Source: Octopus sinensis (Eukaryota). Taken from it: 43,977 bases of DNA. The stretch lies in NCBI RefSeq assembly GCF_006345805.1, contig NW_021835884.1, forward strand, positions 1-43,977. Reading direction: 5' to 3'. How positions within the stretch are numbered: the stretch's first letter is position 1; every line of letters starts with the position of its first letter. Both the position numbers and the translations under genes were made by a program. The notes beneath the pieces were generated by a model. That model was given only the letters and a program-made list of their open reading frames with translations, ran no database searches and was not told the DNA's origin. This document shows positions 12,347 through 24,453 of the stretch, piece after piece.

Positions 12347-12738
12347 TGTAAGAGGAAGCACATTCCCGTGAAAACTGACGACAAGTGGCAGTCGGTAATC
12401 GGAACCTACGAGAGAACGAAGCTATCCTGTTTGTGTACAACCGAAAAAATCCTACCTTTACAGGATGTTGCAAATACTCACAATGCGATTTAATCTTAGC
12501 CACTATTTCTCCAAGGTCAACTCTGAGCTAGAGTTGTATCTCCTATCGGGGACTCATTTACTATTTAATTAACACATAAAGGTTTGCCTCTCTATGCACC
12601 AGAAGACTGAATTCTGAGGAAAATACATTTATGATTCAACGAAAAGAAAGGCTAGTACGGCCACGCGTTGTGGAAAGCAGAGAACAAGATAGAACAAGAC
12701 ATCTTAATTATTCACTGCATCCGTCTCCATCCCATATG

Positions 12739-13158
12739 GGCGCAGGCGTGGTGGTCAGGTAAGACGTTTGCTTCCCAACCACATGGTTCTAGGTTCAGCC
12801 CCATTGCGTGATACCTTGGGCGTGTGTCTTCTACTATAGCCACAGGACGACCAAAGCCTTGTGAGTGGATTTGGTAGACGGAAGCAGAAAGAAGCTCTTC
12901 GTATATTATATGTGTGTGTGTGTTGTGTGTGTGTGTGTGTGTGTGTGTGTGTCTGTGCTTGTCCTGCCATCACCTCTTGACAACCGGTATTGGTTTGTTT
13001 ACGTTCCCGTAACCTAGTGGTTCGGCAAAAGAAACTGGCAGAATAAGTACTGTTTAAGAAAAAAGCCCTGGAGTCGATTTGTTCGACTAAAACTCTTCAA
13101 GGCGGTGTTCCAGCATGGCCGCAGTCAAATGACCGAAACAAGTAAAAGAATAAAAGAA
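12739..13158 (+). mobile_element. SINE family S2, full length with internal (TG)n
   Basis: Head GGCGCAGGCGTGG..GGTAAG, B-box-like GGTTCAGCCC, tail GGCGGTG.TCCAGCATGGCCGCAGTCAAATGAC.GAAACAAGTAAAAG. Confidence 0.9.
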
Positions 13159-13787
13159 TGTGTGTGTGTGTGAGTGTTTGTGTGTATGTGTGTGTATGTG
13201 TGTGTGTTTGTGTTACTCAGATACTAAAATGAGAATAGAAGTACTTTATCATAAATGTATTTACACTTTAGGTTCTGAATCAAAATATTGAAACAGGAAT
13301 GGTTTCACAGCGGTCTACCATAAGTTACATACATACATCCATGTAGAAACAGTTGGTAGCCATGTCCACTTAAAGTGATAAAATCAACACTAAGCAATCA
13401 AACTATCAAGCAGACAGCTAACAATGTATCTCTAAACCTAGAGAGTTACCAATCACATTTGATATTGCAGAGAAGTAGCAGGTAACCATTCAGTTTGTGA
13501 AATATTAATGAAATAGAGATAGGTTTTCATTATATGTCTCCCTGTCTTCCTGTTTCCTTCTCCTCTCTCTCCTTTTCTATTTCTCTCTTTATATATTATA
13601 TTTAATACATATACAATATATTATATAGCATATTATGCATTATAGAATACATTATATATATATAACCTATCTATCTCTCTATCTCTGTATATCTATCTGT
13701 CTGTCTGTCTATCTATCTGTCTACCTGTCTATCTATCTATCTATCTGTCTATCTACCTGTCTACCTATCTATCTATCTGTCTACCTA

Positions 13788-13861
<74 letters not shown>

Positions 13862-13865
13862 ATCT

Positions 13866-14008
13866 TTTGTGGGTTTCAACCAGGGGCTGAGGTCATGCTG
13901 GTGCACCGCTTTCACTGCGTCCGGGAATTTTTGCAGCATTGCTTCAGGTGAAGTAGCGAGTTGGACGTTGCCCCTCCTCATTGTGCCTCCCTGCCGCGAT
14001 GGAGGCTC
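13866..14008 (-). mobile_element. CR1/L2-group LINE, 5'-truncated 3' end
   Basis: Minus strand reads EPPSRQGGTMRR/ATSNSLLHLK with one frameshift, then the same 3' tail as 33761-33830; flanked by (TA)n. Confidence 0.65.
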
Positions 14009-14071
<63 letters not shown>

Positions 14072-14074
14072 ATG

Positions 14075-14265
14075 CTTGACCGCTAAATCTACAAGTTTGT
14101 TTCATTCTCTCTGTTTATTTTCCCCTTATTTCTTTGTTGAAGAGCGTAGACTCGAAACGTAAAGGACTTTCTCACTTTCCCGAGCGTCAAACTAATACAC
14201 TTGCTTGTTGTTCATACGCATGTCTTCGTCTTTTGTTTTTCTATAAATTTCAACTATATATATAT
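14075..14265 (+). mobile_element. HHR-variant short repeat family H2, copy 1 (motif 14130-14166, C3 missing)
   Basis: Homologous to 20585-20765 and 21030-21186 (GTTGAAGAGC.TAG.CTCGAA...AAAGAC...GAGCG.CA.ACTAATACA...); ends in (TA)n. Confidence 0.7.
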
Positions 14266-14765
14266 ATTTATATATATATATACACACATTTATATAGGTA
14301 TGTGTATGTGCGTGTGTGTAAGCGTATGCGTGTGGGTGGGTGTGTGGATGGATGCATGCATGAGCTTCTAGTGGACGACTGCTATCTATAAAAATACTTC
14401 ATGGCACCTTTGTTCCTTTCAGCAACGGCTGAAAAGCGAGTAGTCACGTTTACATGTTTTAGATCTGAAATGTTAGCCTAAGGTAAATATAGACATAAGT
14501 TCGCATATGGTTCTATTAAAATTCATTCGTTCTCTTTATTTACTTTACGCAGGTATTGGTTACAACTCTAATTTTTAATTACTACATGAACTCTTCCAGT
14601 AATTAAATGTCTTGATAAGATAATGCAAGATGTGCCTGGCGACGTTCTCTTGTGTCTAGTTACAACAGAAACCGCTCTAAGGTGTATTAAGTTTTCTAAG
14701 TTAATAGTCATGTCAGGGAGACGTGGAGCATCTTCTTATCCTTAAGGATGACTGATGGCTTGAGT

Positions 14766-15740
14766 ACGAAGTCTTGTTTCTAGAAAGCATCAAATGAATT
14801 ATTACCTGACGCACGCTAGATTGTGCTAAAGGTAATAAATAATGGGATACACGCAGAGCATCGAGAATCTAAAAATAATGTTTCTATTCATTATTAGTAC
14901 GTTCTGGCAGATTCTAACCTGATCACTATTGTTTTTCATCATCGGAGGACTCTACCACCTTTTACATGATGTTTGCTTATAACCTGTGCGATTCATCGGT
15001 GTAAGGAAACTTCGAGACACCGTTGTATTTCGGCCTCGCTGCGTGCATCATCGTCTGTCGAAGCTGTCCTGCTAGACCATGGGTTCTCAAAGTGGCGCTG
15101 CCGCCCCCCGATGGGCGTTGAGACGGTCCAGCTGGGCGCTGGTACCTAAGGAGGCAGTTGGAGGCGGTAGAGAATAAGGATGCGTTGGGGGAAAGGCAGT
15201 GGATTAGGGGATGCTATGAATTTATTATGATATTATTATAGCATTGAATACAAATTATATAATATTATATTAAATATCAAATGAGTCATAGTATATATAA
15301 ATTAGTAAAATATAAAATATTTCTCTATACATAGAAATAGGGGTGGTGGTGCTGAGGCTATTATGTGGCCATGAGGGAGGCAGTGGCCCAAATAGTTTGA
15401 GGACCTCTGTGCTAGACGATGAACTAAGAAAAGCACGAAATCTTGTTTATAGAAATCAATAAAATTTATCCAAACAACAATGAATCTATCCGTATTAATA
15501 CGTTCTGGCTTGAATATCCGATCGCTGTTAATTTCAGTCATCGGAGAACATCTACTCTCAGGCGATATGTTTGCACAATACACGCGATCCACCGGTGTCA
15601 GAGGACTTCGAGATACAGCGGTCTTTCGACCTCGTTGTGTCTCTCCTCAGTCAAAGCTACTCCGCCGCACGACCGATGAATCTAACCAAGAGGACGAGCT
15701 TTTAACTCATTTGTTACGTTTAACAGCCGCTTCTCGCATG
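14766..15740. repeat. Diverged tandem dimer (about 255-330-bp period after MITE removal)
   Basis: Shared blocks ACGAA.TCTTGTTT.TAGAAA (14766/15435), TACGTTCTGGC (14898/15499) and CTTCGAGA (15010/15606). Confidence 0.65.
15078..15409. mobile_element. hAT (Charlie-like) MITE with 8-bp TSD
   Basis: TIRs CATGGGTTCTCAAA / TTTGAGGACCTCTG (11/14 match); perfect TSD TGCTAGAC at 15070-15077 and 15410-15417. Confidence 0.85.
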
Positions 15741-16029
15741 AGCAACATTTTAACAAAGACTGCTTCTGCTCTATTTATTTGAAACAGCGCCTTGTCCTGC
15801 CTTACCCTGCCCTACTCATTGTTTGGAACACTGCCCTGCCTTGCCCATTGTTTGATTACTGATAAATAAAATAAAAAATAAGCTACTAACGGAAGTTACT
15901 GTTACTTCCATTTCGCTCACACTTTTACACCGATAATAACTTGACGGTGCAGAAAAATGCTTTATCAGCAAATTATAGTCATGTTTAGCGCGATATCAGA
16001 AACTGCACAGCTTCTTCCGGTTGTAGGTT

Positions 16030-16830
16030 GGGTCCATAGATGGAGAGTAAGGAAGAAGGGAAGTAAGTGGAGGAAAGGAGAGCAGGAGATGTAGATAAGA
16101 GTTAGTAGACTCTTGCGAGGAAAGTGAAATCAAACAAGGGTGATGGGGGCGGGGGTGGATTGGTGAAGTTGGAAGAGAAAAGGGGGAAAAGTTTTGGAAG
16201 TAGGACAAAAGTAGGGAGAGGAAGGAGGGAAGAGAAGAGAAAGGAGTGAGGAATGAGGGGAGAGAGAAGAAGGATAGATGGATGGATGGTTGGGTGGGTG
16301 GATGTAAGGAGCAGGAGAAGGAAGAGGAGTGACTGAGGCAAATGAATGTAAGGGGGAGAAGAGAAAAAGGAACGAGGAGGAGTGTTGGAGAGAGAGAGAG
16401 AGAGAGAGAGAGGAAAGGTGGGAGGAGATGGATGGATGTTGGGTGGAGCAACAAGAGAGTAAGGAGAAGGATAGGAAGAGGGAGGAAGAAAGAGAAGCGG
16501 ATAGTGAGAGGTGGGTGAGATAACTAGAAAGAACAGAAGACGAAGGAGCAAGGAGTGAGGGAGGGATGGTGGGAGGAAAGCAGGGAGATAGAAGGGGAGG
16601 GGTAGATAGGTAAGAGGGGTGGGAGGGAGGAATATAGGAAAGAGAAGTATTTGAGAGAGGTGGGCGAGAGAACAAAGAAGAAAAGAGAAAAGGAGAGAAG
16701 GAAGATTGAGATGAGGGGGAAAATGGAGAAGGAAGAGGAAAAGGAGAAGAGTTAGATAAGAAGAGGTGTGGAGGTGGGGGCGGGGAAGAAAAATTTGAGG
16801 AAAGTGTGGGAAGTGAAACAGTGACCGCAT
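16030..16830. repeat. GA-rich polypurine low-complexity tract
   Basis: Direct reading. Confidence 0.9.
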
Positions 16831-17173
16831 TGTCTCGATATGGAGAGATATTTTTGATTGCTTCAATGAAAATGTGGTGGTGGTGGTGGCGCTGCTGCTG
16901 GTGACGGCGACGGTGATGGTGCGATGATGATGATGATGATGATAGTGGTGATGGTAGAGGTGGTGGTGACGGTTGTGGTGATGGTGGCGGTGATGATGAT
17001 GATGGTCATCATCGTCATCGTCATGACGATGAAGAGGAGGCGATGAAGTGGAGAAATAGATTTCGGTATCAGTAGACATAATCCCTTCAACAATACGACC
17101 GATGTTAAGGATCATTTAATCCTTCAATATAAATCTAGGAACACTAAGAACTACCCAACCCTTCTCTCTCCCA

Positions 17174-17205
<32 letters not shown>

Positions 17206-17249
17206 CTTCTCTCTCTCTCCTTCTCTCTCTCTCCTTCTCTCTCTCCCCT

Positions 17250-17290
<41 letters not shown>

Positions 17291-17517
17291 GAGTAACGAT
17301 AACAAAAACAAAAGCAACAGTTTGAAATTCGAAACAACAGAGAGGACCCTTTATGTGGTCACTGAAAGCTGCTAGATATAGCAGCCAAATCTTCCTCCTA
17401 CCATTACCACCCTCGTCTTATAAAAAGAATACCTTGGACCAGTGCTTCTCAAACTATCTGATGGGCGCACCGACAGTTTTTTTCCCCCATGTACCAGAGA
17501 CTGGTAATATTTCTTAC

Positions 17518-17549
<32 letters not shown>

Positions 17550-17879
17550 ATATATATATCCATGTCAATGTGTGTGTATGTATGGGTGTATATGTATGTA
17601 CACGCGGATGAGGGTGTATGCATGTGTGCATATATGTGCATACACGTGTGCAAAGAATTCAAGAAAAAAATCCATAAATCTCACCCGCTCTCATTCTAAA
17701 CGATGGTACAAGAAACATCCGGGTATAAAAAACGTATACATTTGTCGTGTTTGCAATAAAATGTGCTAAAGGGTCTGCATGGGACTCCAGCGACGCTATT
17801 GGATTGATAGAGTCATTGCTGGACGCAAGAAGCACTAGTGAACCTGAGACTCGTTGCAGGACGCGAGTCTCACCGCTGG

Positions 17880-18152
17880 ACTTGAGAATCACCACCACTG
17901 CTGGACACAAGAGTCATCACTGGACTCAAGATTCACCACCAGAATCCAGACTTACTATTGGACCCGAGAGTCACAAGTGAACTCAAGAATCACCAATGGA
18001 CTCCAAAACTTACCACTGGACTCGAGAGTCATCACTGAACTTCAGAGTCACAATTCTACTCAAGGGTCACAACTGAACTCAAGAGTCACAACCGGACTCA
18101 AGAGTTACTAGTGGACCCAAGAGTCACCACTGGACTGGAGAGTCACTGCTGA
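17880..18152 (+). repeat. 19-bp minisatellite (consensus about AAGAGTCACCACTGGACTC), about 14 units
   Basis: Regular recurrence of GAGTCA/GACTC at 19-bp spacing. Confidence 0.85.
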
Positions 18153-18538
18153 CACCGTATATCACTGCAATCGGTCTTTAACTATCTTGATCTATCCCAA
18201 TAGCGCAGGTTGTATCCCCCGGTGCTCCACCGATTCTATCGTCTGCTAGCCAGAATTTCCTTTATATCTGTTATTTTACTGGTTGCTTATGGTAAACAAA
18301 TTAAATTTTCAAATAAATGAATAACAACCTAATTATGTCAAATTACACCTCGTCCATTCATTACTTTCATTAAATTATTTACCTTCTCATTTAATTTAGT
18401 AAACAATCTGTTCCGTCGCCATTCCTCTCTGAAACACTTTTGCTCTTTAAATTGTCCAATCAAAACCCAGAAAATAATTCTTTCTATTTTGCTTTCCCGC
18501 TCTTTCTCCCTCCATTCTTTTCTCAAACCCTAATTCTT

Positions 18539-18580
<42 letters not shown>

Positions 18581-19285
18581 CCTTTCATTCTTCCACAATC
18601 TCTCACATATTTCACCCCTCTCCCTCTCTTTCTCATCCTTCCACTTCTTTCTCTCTCGCTCTTTCATTCTCCCCTCTCTCTCTCTCTCTCTCCTTTCTCT
18701 TTCAAGCTCTTTTATGACGCTTCAACTCTTCTCTCATGCTTCCACTCTTACTTTCATCCATACTCACAATTCTCCCTCCCCCTCTCTCTCTCTCTTTCAA
18801 ACTCCTTACCCTCTCTCCCTATCAATCACGCCGTCCTTAAACCCCCAACTCTTCAGGTGTTACCGTTTCTGTTTAAAATACATGACAAGAATTTTCCTAT
18901 CCGCTGTAACAAACCACAACACAAACAGCATAAAAGCATAGAAGATAAATAGAAAAAACGTGTAAATTTCTGCATTGACTAATCATTCATGTTAATTTCT
19001 GGAAAGATCTTCATGTTTCATTTAATCAAACATGGGATATTTTCCAAATAAAATATGAGTTCAGGAAGACAGAGAATGTGTTAGTTTGTTTGCGCTTCCT
19101 TTGCATTTGTTCCATTTTATTTTGTTTATTTGTTCTCTTTGACACAAATTTAATGAATCGGTAGAATTAAAAGCTGTGAATAACATCAGCCCAGGTTTCA
19201 GTTCTGTAAATTTGCCAAACATCTGTCGTCAGTAGCATGTCGTTTACTAAATTTTTCGAACTAGGAAAATGACCGCCCTCCCGGC

Positions 19286-19549
19286 GGTTTTCTGCTGGTC
19301 TCTAAAGGACATGTGCTCTCTTAATTTCCAATTTGTGTAATTCTTCTGTCTCGGAATTGTTTCAGTCATTAGACAGCGGCCATGCTGGAGCACCGCCTTG
19401 AAGATTTTGAGTCGAACGGTTTTCTGGTGGTCTCTAAAGGACATGTGCTCTCTTGATTGCCAATTTGTGTAATTCTTCTATCTCAGAATTGCTTCAGTCA
19501 TTAGACAGCGGCCATGCTGGAGCACCGCCTTGAAGATTTTGAGTCGAAC
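19286..19549. repeat. 132-bp tandem duplication (19286-19417 / 19418-19549)
   Basis: Near-identical copies (about 5 substitutions) that include the S2 SINE tail and its flank. Confidence 0.9.
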
Positions 19550-19766
19550 GAATCGACCCCGGTCCTTATTATTTTTTTAAGCTTGGTATTTATTCTATCA
19601 GTCTTTTGCCGAATCGCTAAGTTACAGGGACGTAAACACACCAACACCGGTTGTCAAGTGGTGGTGGTGGAAAACAAACAGACACAAAATGTCTTCTGCC
19701 ATAGCCTCGGGCCGACCAAAGTCTTATGAGTGGATTTGATACACGGAAACTGATAAGAAACCTGTC

Positions 19767-19775
<9 letters not shown>
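19494..19775 (-). mobile_element. SINE family S2, rearranged copy
   Basis: S2 tail and body in minus orientation, plus part of the head. Confidence 0.75.
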
Positions 19776-19817
<42 letters not shown>

Positions 19818-19948
19818 TGTCTGTCTGTCTCCGTATGTGTGTTTGTCCTTCATTGCCGCTTGACAATCAGAGTAGCGTGTTTGCATCTCCGTAACTTAGC
19901 GGCTAACTTAGCATGCCAGCTCACCACCGTATAATAATAATAATAATA

Positions 19949-20006
<58 letters not shown>

Positions 20007-20011
20007 AATAA

Positions 20012-20213
20012 TTTCTACATTAGGTACAAGGCCTGAAATTTGTGGGGAGGGGGCAAGTCGATCGCATCGACCTAATTACTTAATTTATCCGAAAGGATGA
20101 AAGGCCGAAAGGCAAAGTCGACTTCGGTGGAATTTGAACTCAGAACGTAGTGACGGGTGAAATACCGCTAAGTATTTCGCACGGTGTGCTAACGATTGTG
20201 CCAGCTCACCGCC
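20012..20213 (-). mobile_element. SINE family S1
   Basis: Reverse complement of the S1 consensus, ending CCAGCTCACCGCC. Confidence 0.88.
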
Positions 20214-20496
20214 TTCCAAAATGATGATGACGACGATGATGATGATGGAGGAGAGTATAAACAGAGCTGTACGTTGTAGAGAAAAAAAAGGGCAGGACAC
20301 TTTCTGCATGTCCACTTTTTTCGTTCGCTTGGAACTAAGAGCTCATTCCTTGCCTCTGTCACTGTTCTCCAGTTACCATTCCTTGAACATTCCATTCACC
20401 CTAAAGAACCTGCAAATAACGGTAAACTGCACAGAAACCGACCGACACAGCGAAAGTGTGAAGTTTTAGTCTCGAGCGAATAAGCATACACAAACA

Positions 20497-20555
<59 letters not shown>

Positions 20556-20584
20556 TGCACACGTACATAGTATATATATATATT

Positions 20585-20762
20585 ATTTTATTTTCTCTCC
20601 TTCTTCTGTGTTTTTCTCTCTCTGTGTATCTTTCTGTTGAAGAGCGTAGGCTCGAACGTCAAAGACTTGTTTTATTTATATTTCCTGAGCGCCATACTAA
20701 TACAATTGTTCGTTTGTTTTCCACCTGCCTTCGTCTTTTGTTTATTTTCATAAAGCTTCCCG

Positions 20763-20765
<3 letters not shown>
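20585..20765 (+). mobile_element. Family H2 copy 2 (HHR-variant motif 20629-20665)
   Basis: TCTTT-CTGTTGA-A-GAGC(GTAG)GCTC-GAA-CG-TC-AAAGA; A6U core, one A missing from GAAA, GUC site. Confidence 0.7.
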
Positions 20766-20837
<72 letters not shown>

Positions 20838-21029
20838 TGTGTAAGTATATGTATATTATATATGTGTGTGTGTGTGATGTTTGTGTGAAAAACAATGAAA
20901 AAATCGCGCACACATATACATGCATACGTACATAGTATATATATTATATATATATATATATATAATTATATATATGCGTGTGTATGTATATTATATATAC
21001 GTGTGTGTGTGTGTGTGTGTGCGTTTTTT

Positions 21030-21186
21030 TTCATTGTCTCTCTGTTTATTTTCCCAATCCTTTCCGTTGAAGAGCTTAGGCTCGAAATATAAAAGACTTT
21101 TTCATTTTCCCGAACGTCAAACTAATACACTTGCTTGTTGTTCATACACCTGTCTTCCGCTTTTGTCTTTTTATAAATTACAACTA
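21030..21186 (+). mobile_element. Family H2 copy 3 (HHR-variant motif 21060-21095)
   Basis: CTTT-CCGTTGA-A-GAGC(TTAG)GCTC-GAAA-TA-TA-AAAG; stem III ATAT palindrome, AUA site. Confidence 0.7.
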
Positions 21187-21544
21187 TATATATATATATA
21201 TATATATATATTCTGTGGTGTTGTAATATACATACATGGTATTTAAGAGATCAATTAATAACATTAAACTCCAATACCTTATAACATTTTGAAATAAACT
21301 TTCTTGGAATAATCTTTCTGATACGTACGGAATCGGCTTAAACGAGTGTTGAGAGCAGCCTTTTAATAGAAGTGAAAAGCAGCAAAGAGTAAATTCTATT
21401 TATGATTCACACCATATCTCTCTCACTTCTCTCTATATAAAGGGTGCGTATACATACACACACTCGCACGCACAGAAAGCGAGAGGTTTATAGTATAAAA
21501 GTTTATTTTGTCTCTGTAATTTGAACGATTAGCTTTACATACTC

Positions 21545-21927
21545 TCTCTTTTACTCTTTTACTTGTTTCAGTCATTTGACTGCGGCCATGCTGGAGCACC
21601 GCCTTTAGTCGAACAAATCACCCCAGGACTTATTCTTTGTAAGCCCAGTACTTATTCTATCGGTCTCTTTTGCCGAACCGCTAAGTGTCGGGGACGTAAA
21701 CACACCAGCATCGGTTGTCAAGCAATGCTAGGGGGACAAACACACACACACAAACACACATACACATATATATATACATATATACGACAGGCTTCTTTCA
21801 GTTTCCGTCTACCAAATCCACTCACAAGGCATTGGTCGGCACTTGCCCAAGATGCCACGCAGTGGGACTGAACCCGGAACCATGTGGTTGGTTAGCAAGC
21901 TACTTACCACACAGCCACTCCTGCGCC
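21545..21927 (-). mobile_element. SINE family S2, near full length
   Basis: Reverse complement of the head GGCGCAGGAGTGGCTGTGTGGTAAGTAGC through the (GAGTAAAA)n tail. Confidence 0.9.
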
Positions 21928-21979
21928 ATATATTTTTTTCTTTATTTTACGTATTCCATCGTCCACAATGTTGACATAC

Positions 21980-22412
21980 GTGCACTGATATCACAGTAGT
22001 AGGAATAGAGTGATATCACTGATATTTTTAACATGCATGTTGTAATCATTAACACCGTAAACACACACTCCTGTCGCTGATATTGTTTACATAGAGAGAT
22101 ATCTATGGTATTCTTAACACACACACACAGTGGTATCAGTGATACCACTGACATAAACCGATATCACAAATGTTGTTAACAGAAACAGTGATATCACTAG
22201 TATTGTGTGACAAACATTGGTAATACTCATATTTTTTAACACAGTGATATCATTGATATTCTTCACATATACAAAGATATCGAAAACGCAGTCAACGCAC
22301 AATTGATATCAGCGATACTGTTAACATATACGGTCATATCACTGCTTTTGTAAACACAGATTAATAGTACAAATACTTTTGACACGCATGGTGATGTCAC
22401 TGACGCTCATGT
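21980..22412. repeat. Degenerate ~29-bp minisatellite with palindromic core CAGTGATATCACTG
   Basis: Recurrent (A/G)GTGATATCA(C/T)T and TTAACA motifs at roughly 30-bp spacing. Confidence 0.7.
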
Positions 22413-22695
22413 GTGGGTGTGTGCGCATATGTATGTACGTATGTATGTATGTATGTATGTTGTATGTATGTATGTATGTGTGTATGTATGTAAGTATGTG
22501 TGTGTATGTGTGTGTGTGTATATTCATTTGTGTGTGTATGTACAGACACACACGTTGAAACCGGTATACACATAAGCTCATACATATATATTTGTGCGTG
22601 TATGTTTATGTGTGCGTGCGTAAGAGAGCGAGTGCCTGGACATATGTGTGTGTGTGTGTATAATATGTATATATATATATATATGTATGTACATA

Positions 22696-22792
<97 letters not shown>

Positions 22793-23389
22793 CATACATA
22801 CATATATATGTATATACGTTTATCATAGAGGACAACAAACGTTAAGGCAAGACAAATATCTCAAGTCATATACATTATTATTTTACAGCTGTATCACAAA
22901 TTTGCAATGGTTCCATAACTACCGTCTCGGCTACAACCTTCCGTTACAGCACTAATCTAGCGTACCTAATCGTTTAGATCACCTATGAACTACCATATAT
23001 ATATACATGCACAACTGGTGTTGGTTTGTTTATGTCCTCGTATGTGTGTCTGTGTGTTCGATATTTAAGTAACGATGTACGTATTATTTTATAGTCTCTA
23101 AATCCGTAAAATGTGTCACAACTCTTGTGAAGGTGACCGTTCCGGAAATTGAGTTTGATTTTACCCAAAGACAAAAACGAACACGAGGTAAAATACGAGA
23201 ATCGATAATGTAGCCCAAGAACCTATGAAGGCAGTGATCCAGCATGGTCGGCCGTAGTCCAATGATCGAAACCAGTTAAAGGACAATAAATAAGAATACG
23301 GTGTTTGTCATAGATTGGTTTTCGTGATGGAAGCAGAAATGGATTTAATCCGAGGCATTATTAATTTTTTTGTGTGTGTGAGATGAATA

Positions 23390-23900
23390 ACAAGAAGAAA
23401 GGAAATGAAAGAAGAGAAAGAAAGAAAGAAGGAAAGAAAGAATGAAGGAATTAATCAATTAATTAATAAATGGAAGAGGAACTAATGTGAAAAAAAGGAG
23501 AAAGAGAGAAGAGGAAAAGAAGGAATGAGAGAAGGAAAAAGAAGAAAATGAAGGAAAGGAAAAGAAAGAAAGAACGAAAGAGACAAAGTGGAAACGAAGG
23601 AAAGAAATCACGAAAATAATGAGAGAAAGAAGGAAATAAATAAGCAAAGGAGAAAAGAAAGAAAAATGAAAAAGAGAAAGAAAGAAGAATTAATGATAGA
23701 AAGAAAAGAAGAAAAGAAAGAAAACAAACCACAGAAAGAAGGAAAGATAAAGAAAAAAGAAGAAAAAGGGGCCCAAAAGAAAGACGTGAAGGAGAAAATA
23801 CGGAAAGAGAGGAAGAAAAGAGATGTGAAGAAGGAAAGGTAGATAGGAAAATGGACAAAAGAAAGAAAAGTCGAATGGAAGAATGAAAGAAACAAGAGTA
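23390..23900. repeat. A/G-rich low-complexity tract
   Basis: Direct reading. Confidence 0.9.
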
Positions 23901-24422
23901 GCCTTTGTTTATTAAAACAAACCTACGAATATTTTTTTAGCGTTGCATGTTCGACTTAATGAGCAGGTTTATAACGGGTAATTAACTGGCTTAATTTAAC
24001 AGTTAATTAATGGTTTTCTTTGATTCTGGTTAGTTTCAGTAATTTAAGCATTTGTAAGAATTGTGGGAATTTGTTCCTTTTTAATGCTTCCATGATATAT
24101 TGATCATTTATATTGGTGGGCGTCGATAATAATCGCTGTCCTAGACGAGAGAACACACACACGCTCTCTCTCTCTCTCTCTTTTTCTCTCTCTTTCTCTC
24201 TCTCTCGGTTTCTTTTGATATTTGGAGGAAATGCGCATGGATTACATCAGTGTGTTGTAATATTGTAAATTCATTTATATTTATAACCTTATTGGTATTG
24301 ATGTACATGAATCGCGTGTCCCATATAGTATTGAGACGAACGGAACTAAAGAACATTAAAAGTAATACCGTAAATGTCAGTTATCAACTTTGTACATACA
24401 TACATACATGTGTATGTGTGTG

Positions 24423-24453
<31 letters not shown>

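Noticed and set aside
17440-17490. hAT-like terminus CAGTGCTTCTCAAACT
   Set aside because: Single short end with no partner TIR or TSD; too little to call an element.
24141-24356. Minus-strand ORF NTIWDTRFMYINTNKV...
   Set aside because: Runs into (GA)n without a convincing donor; no recognisable homology.
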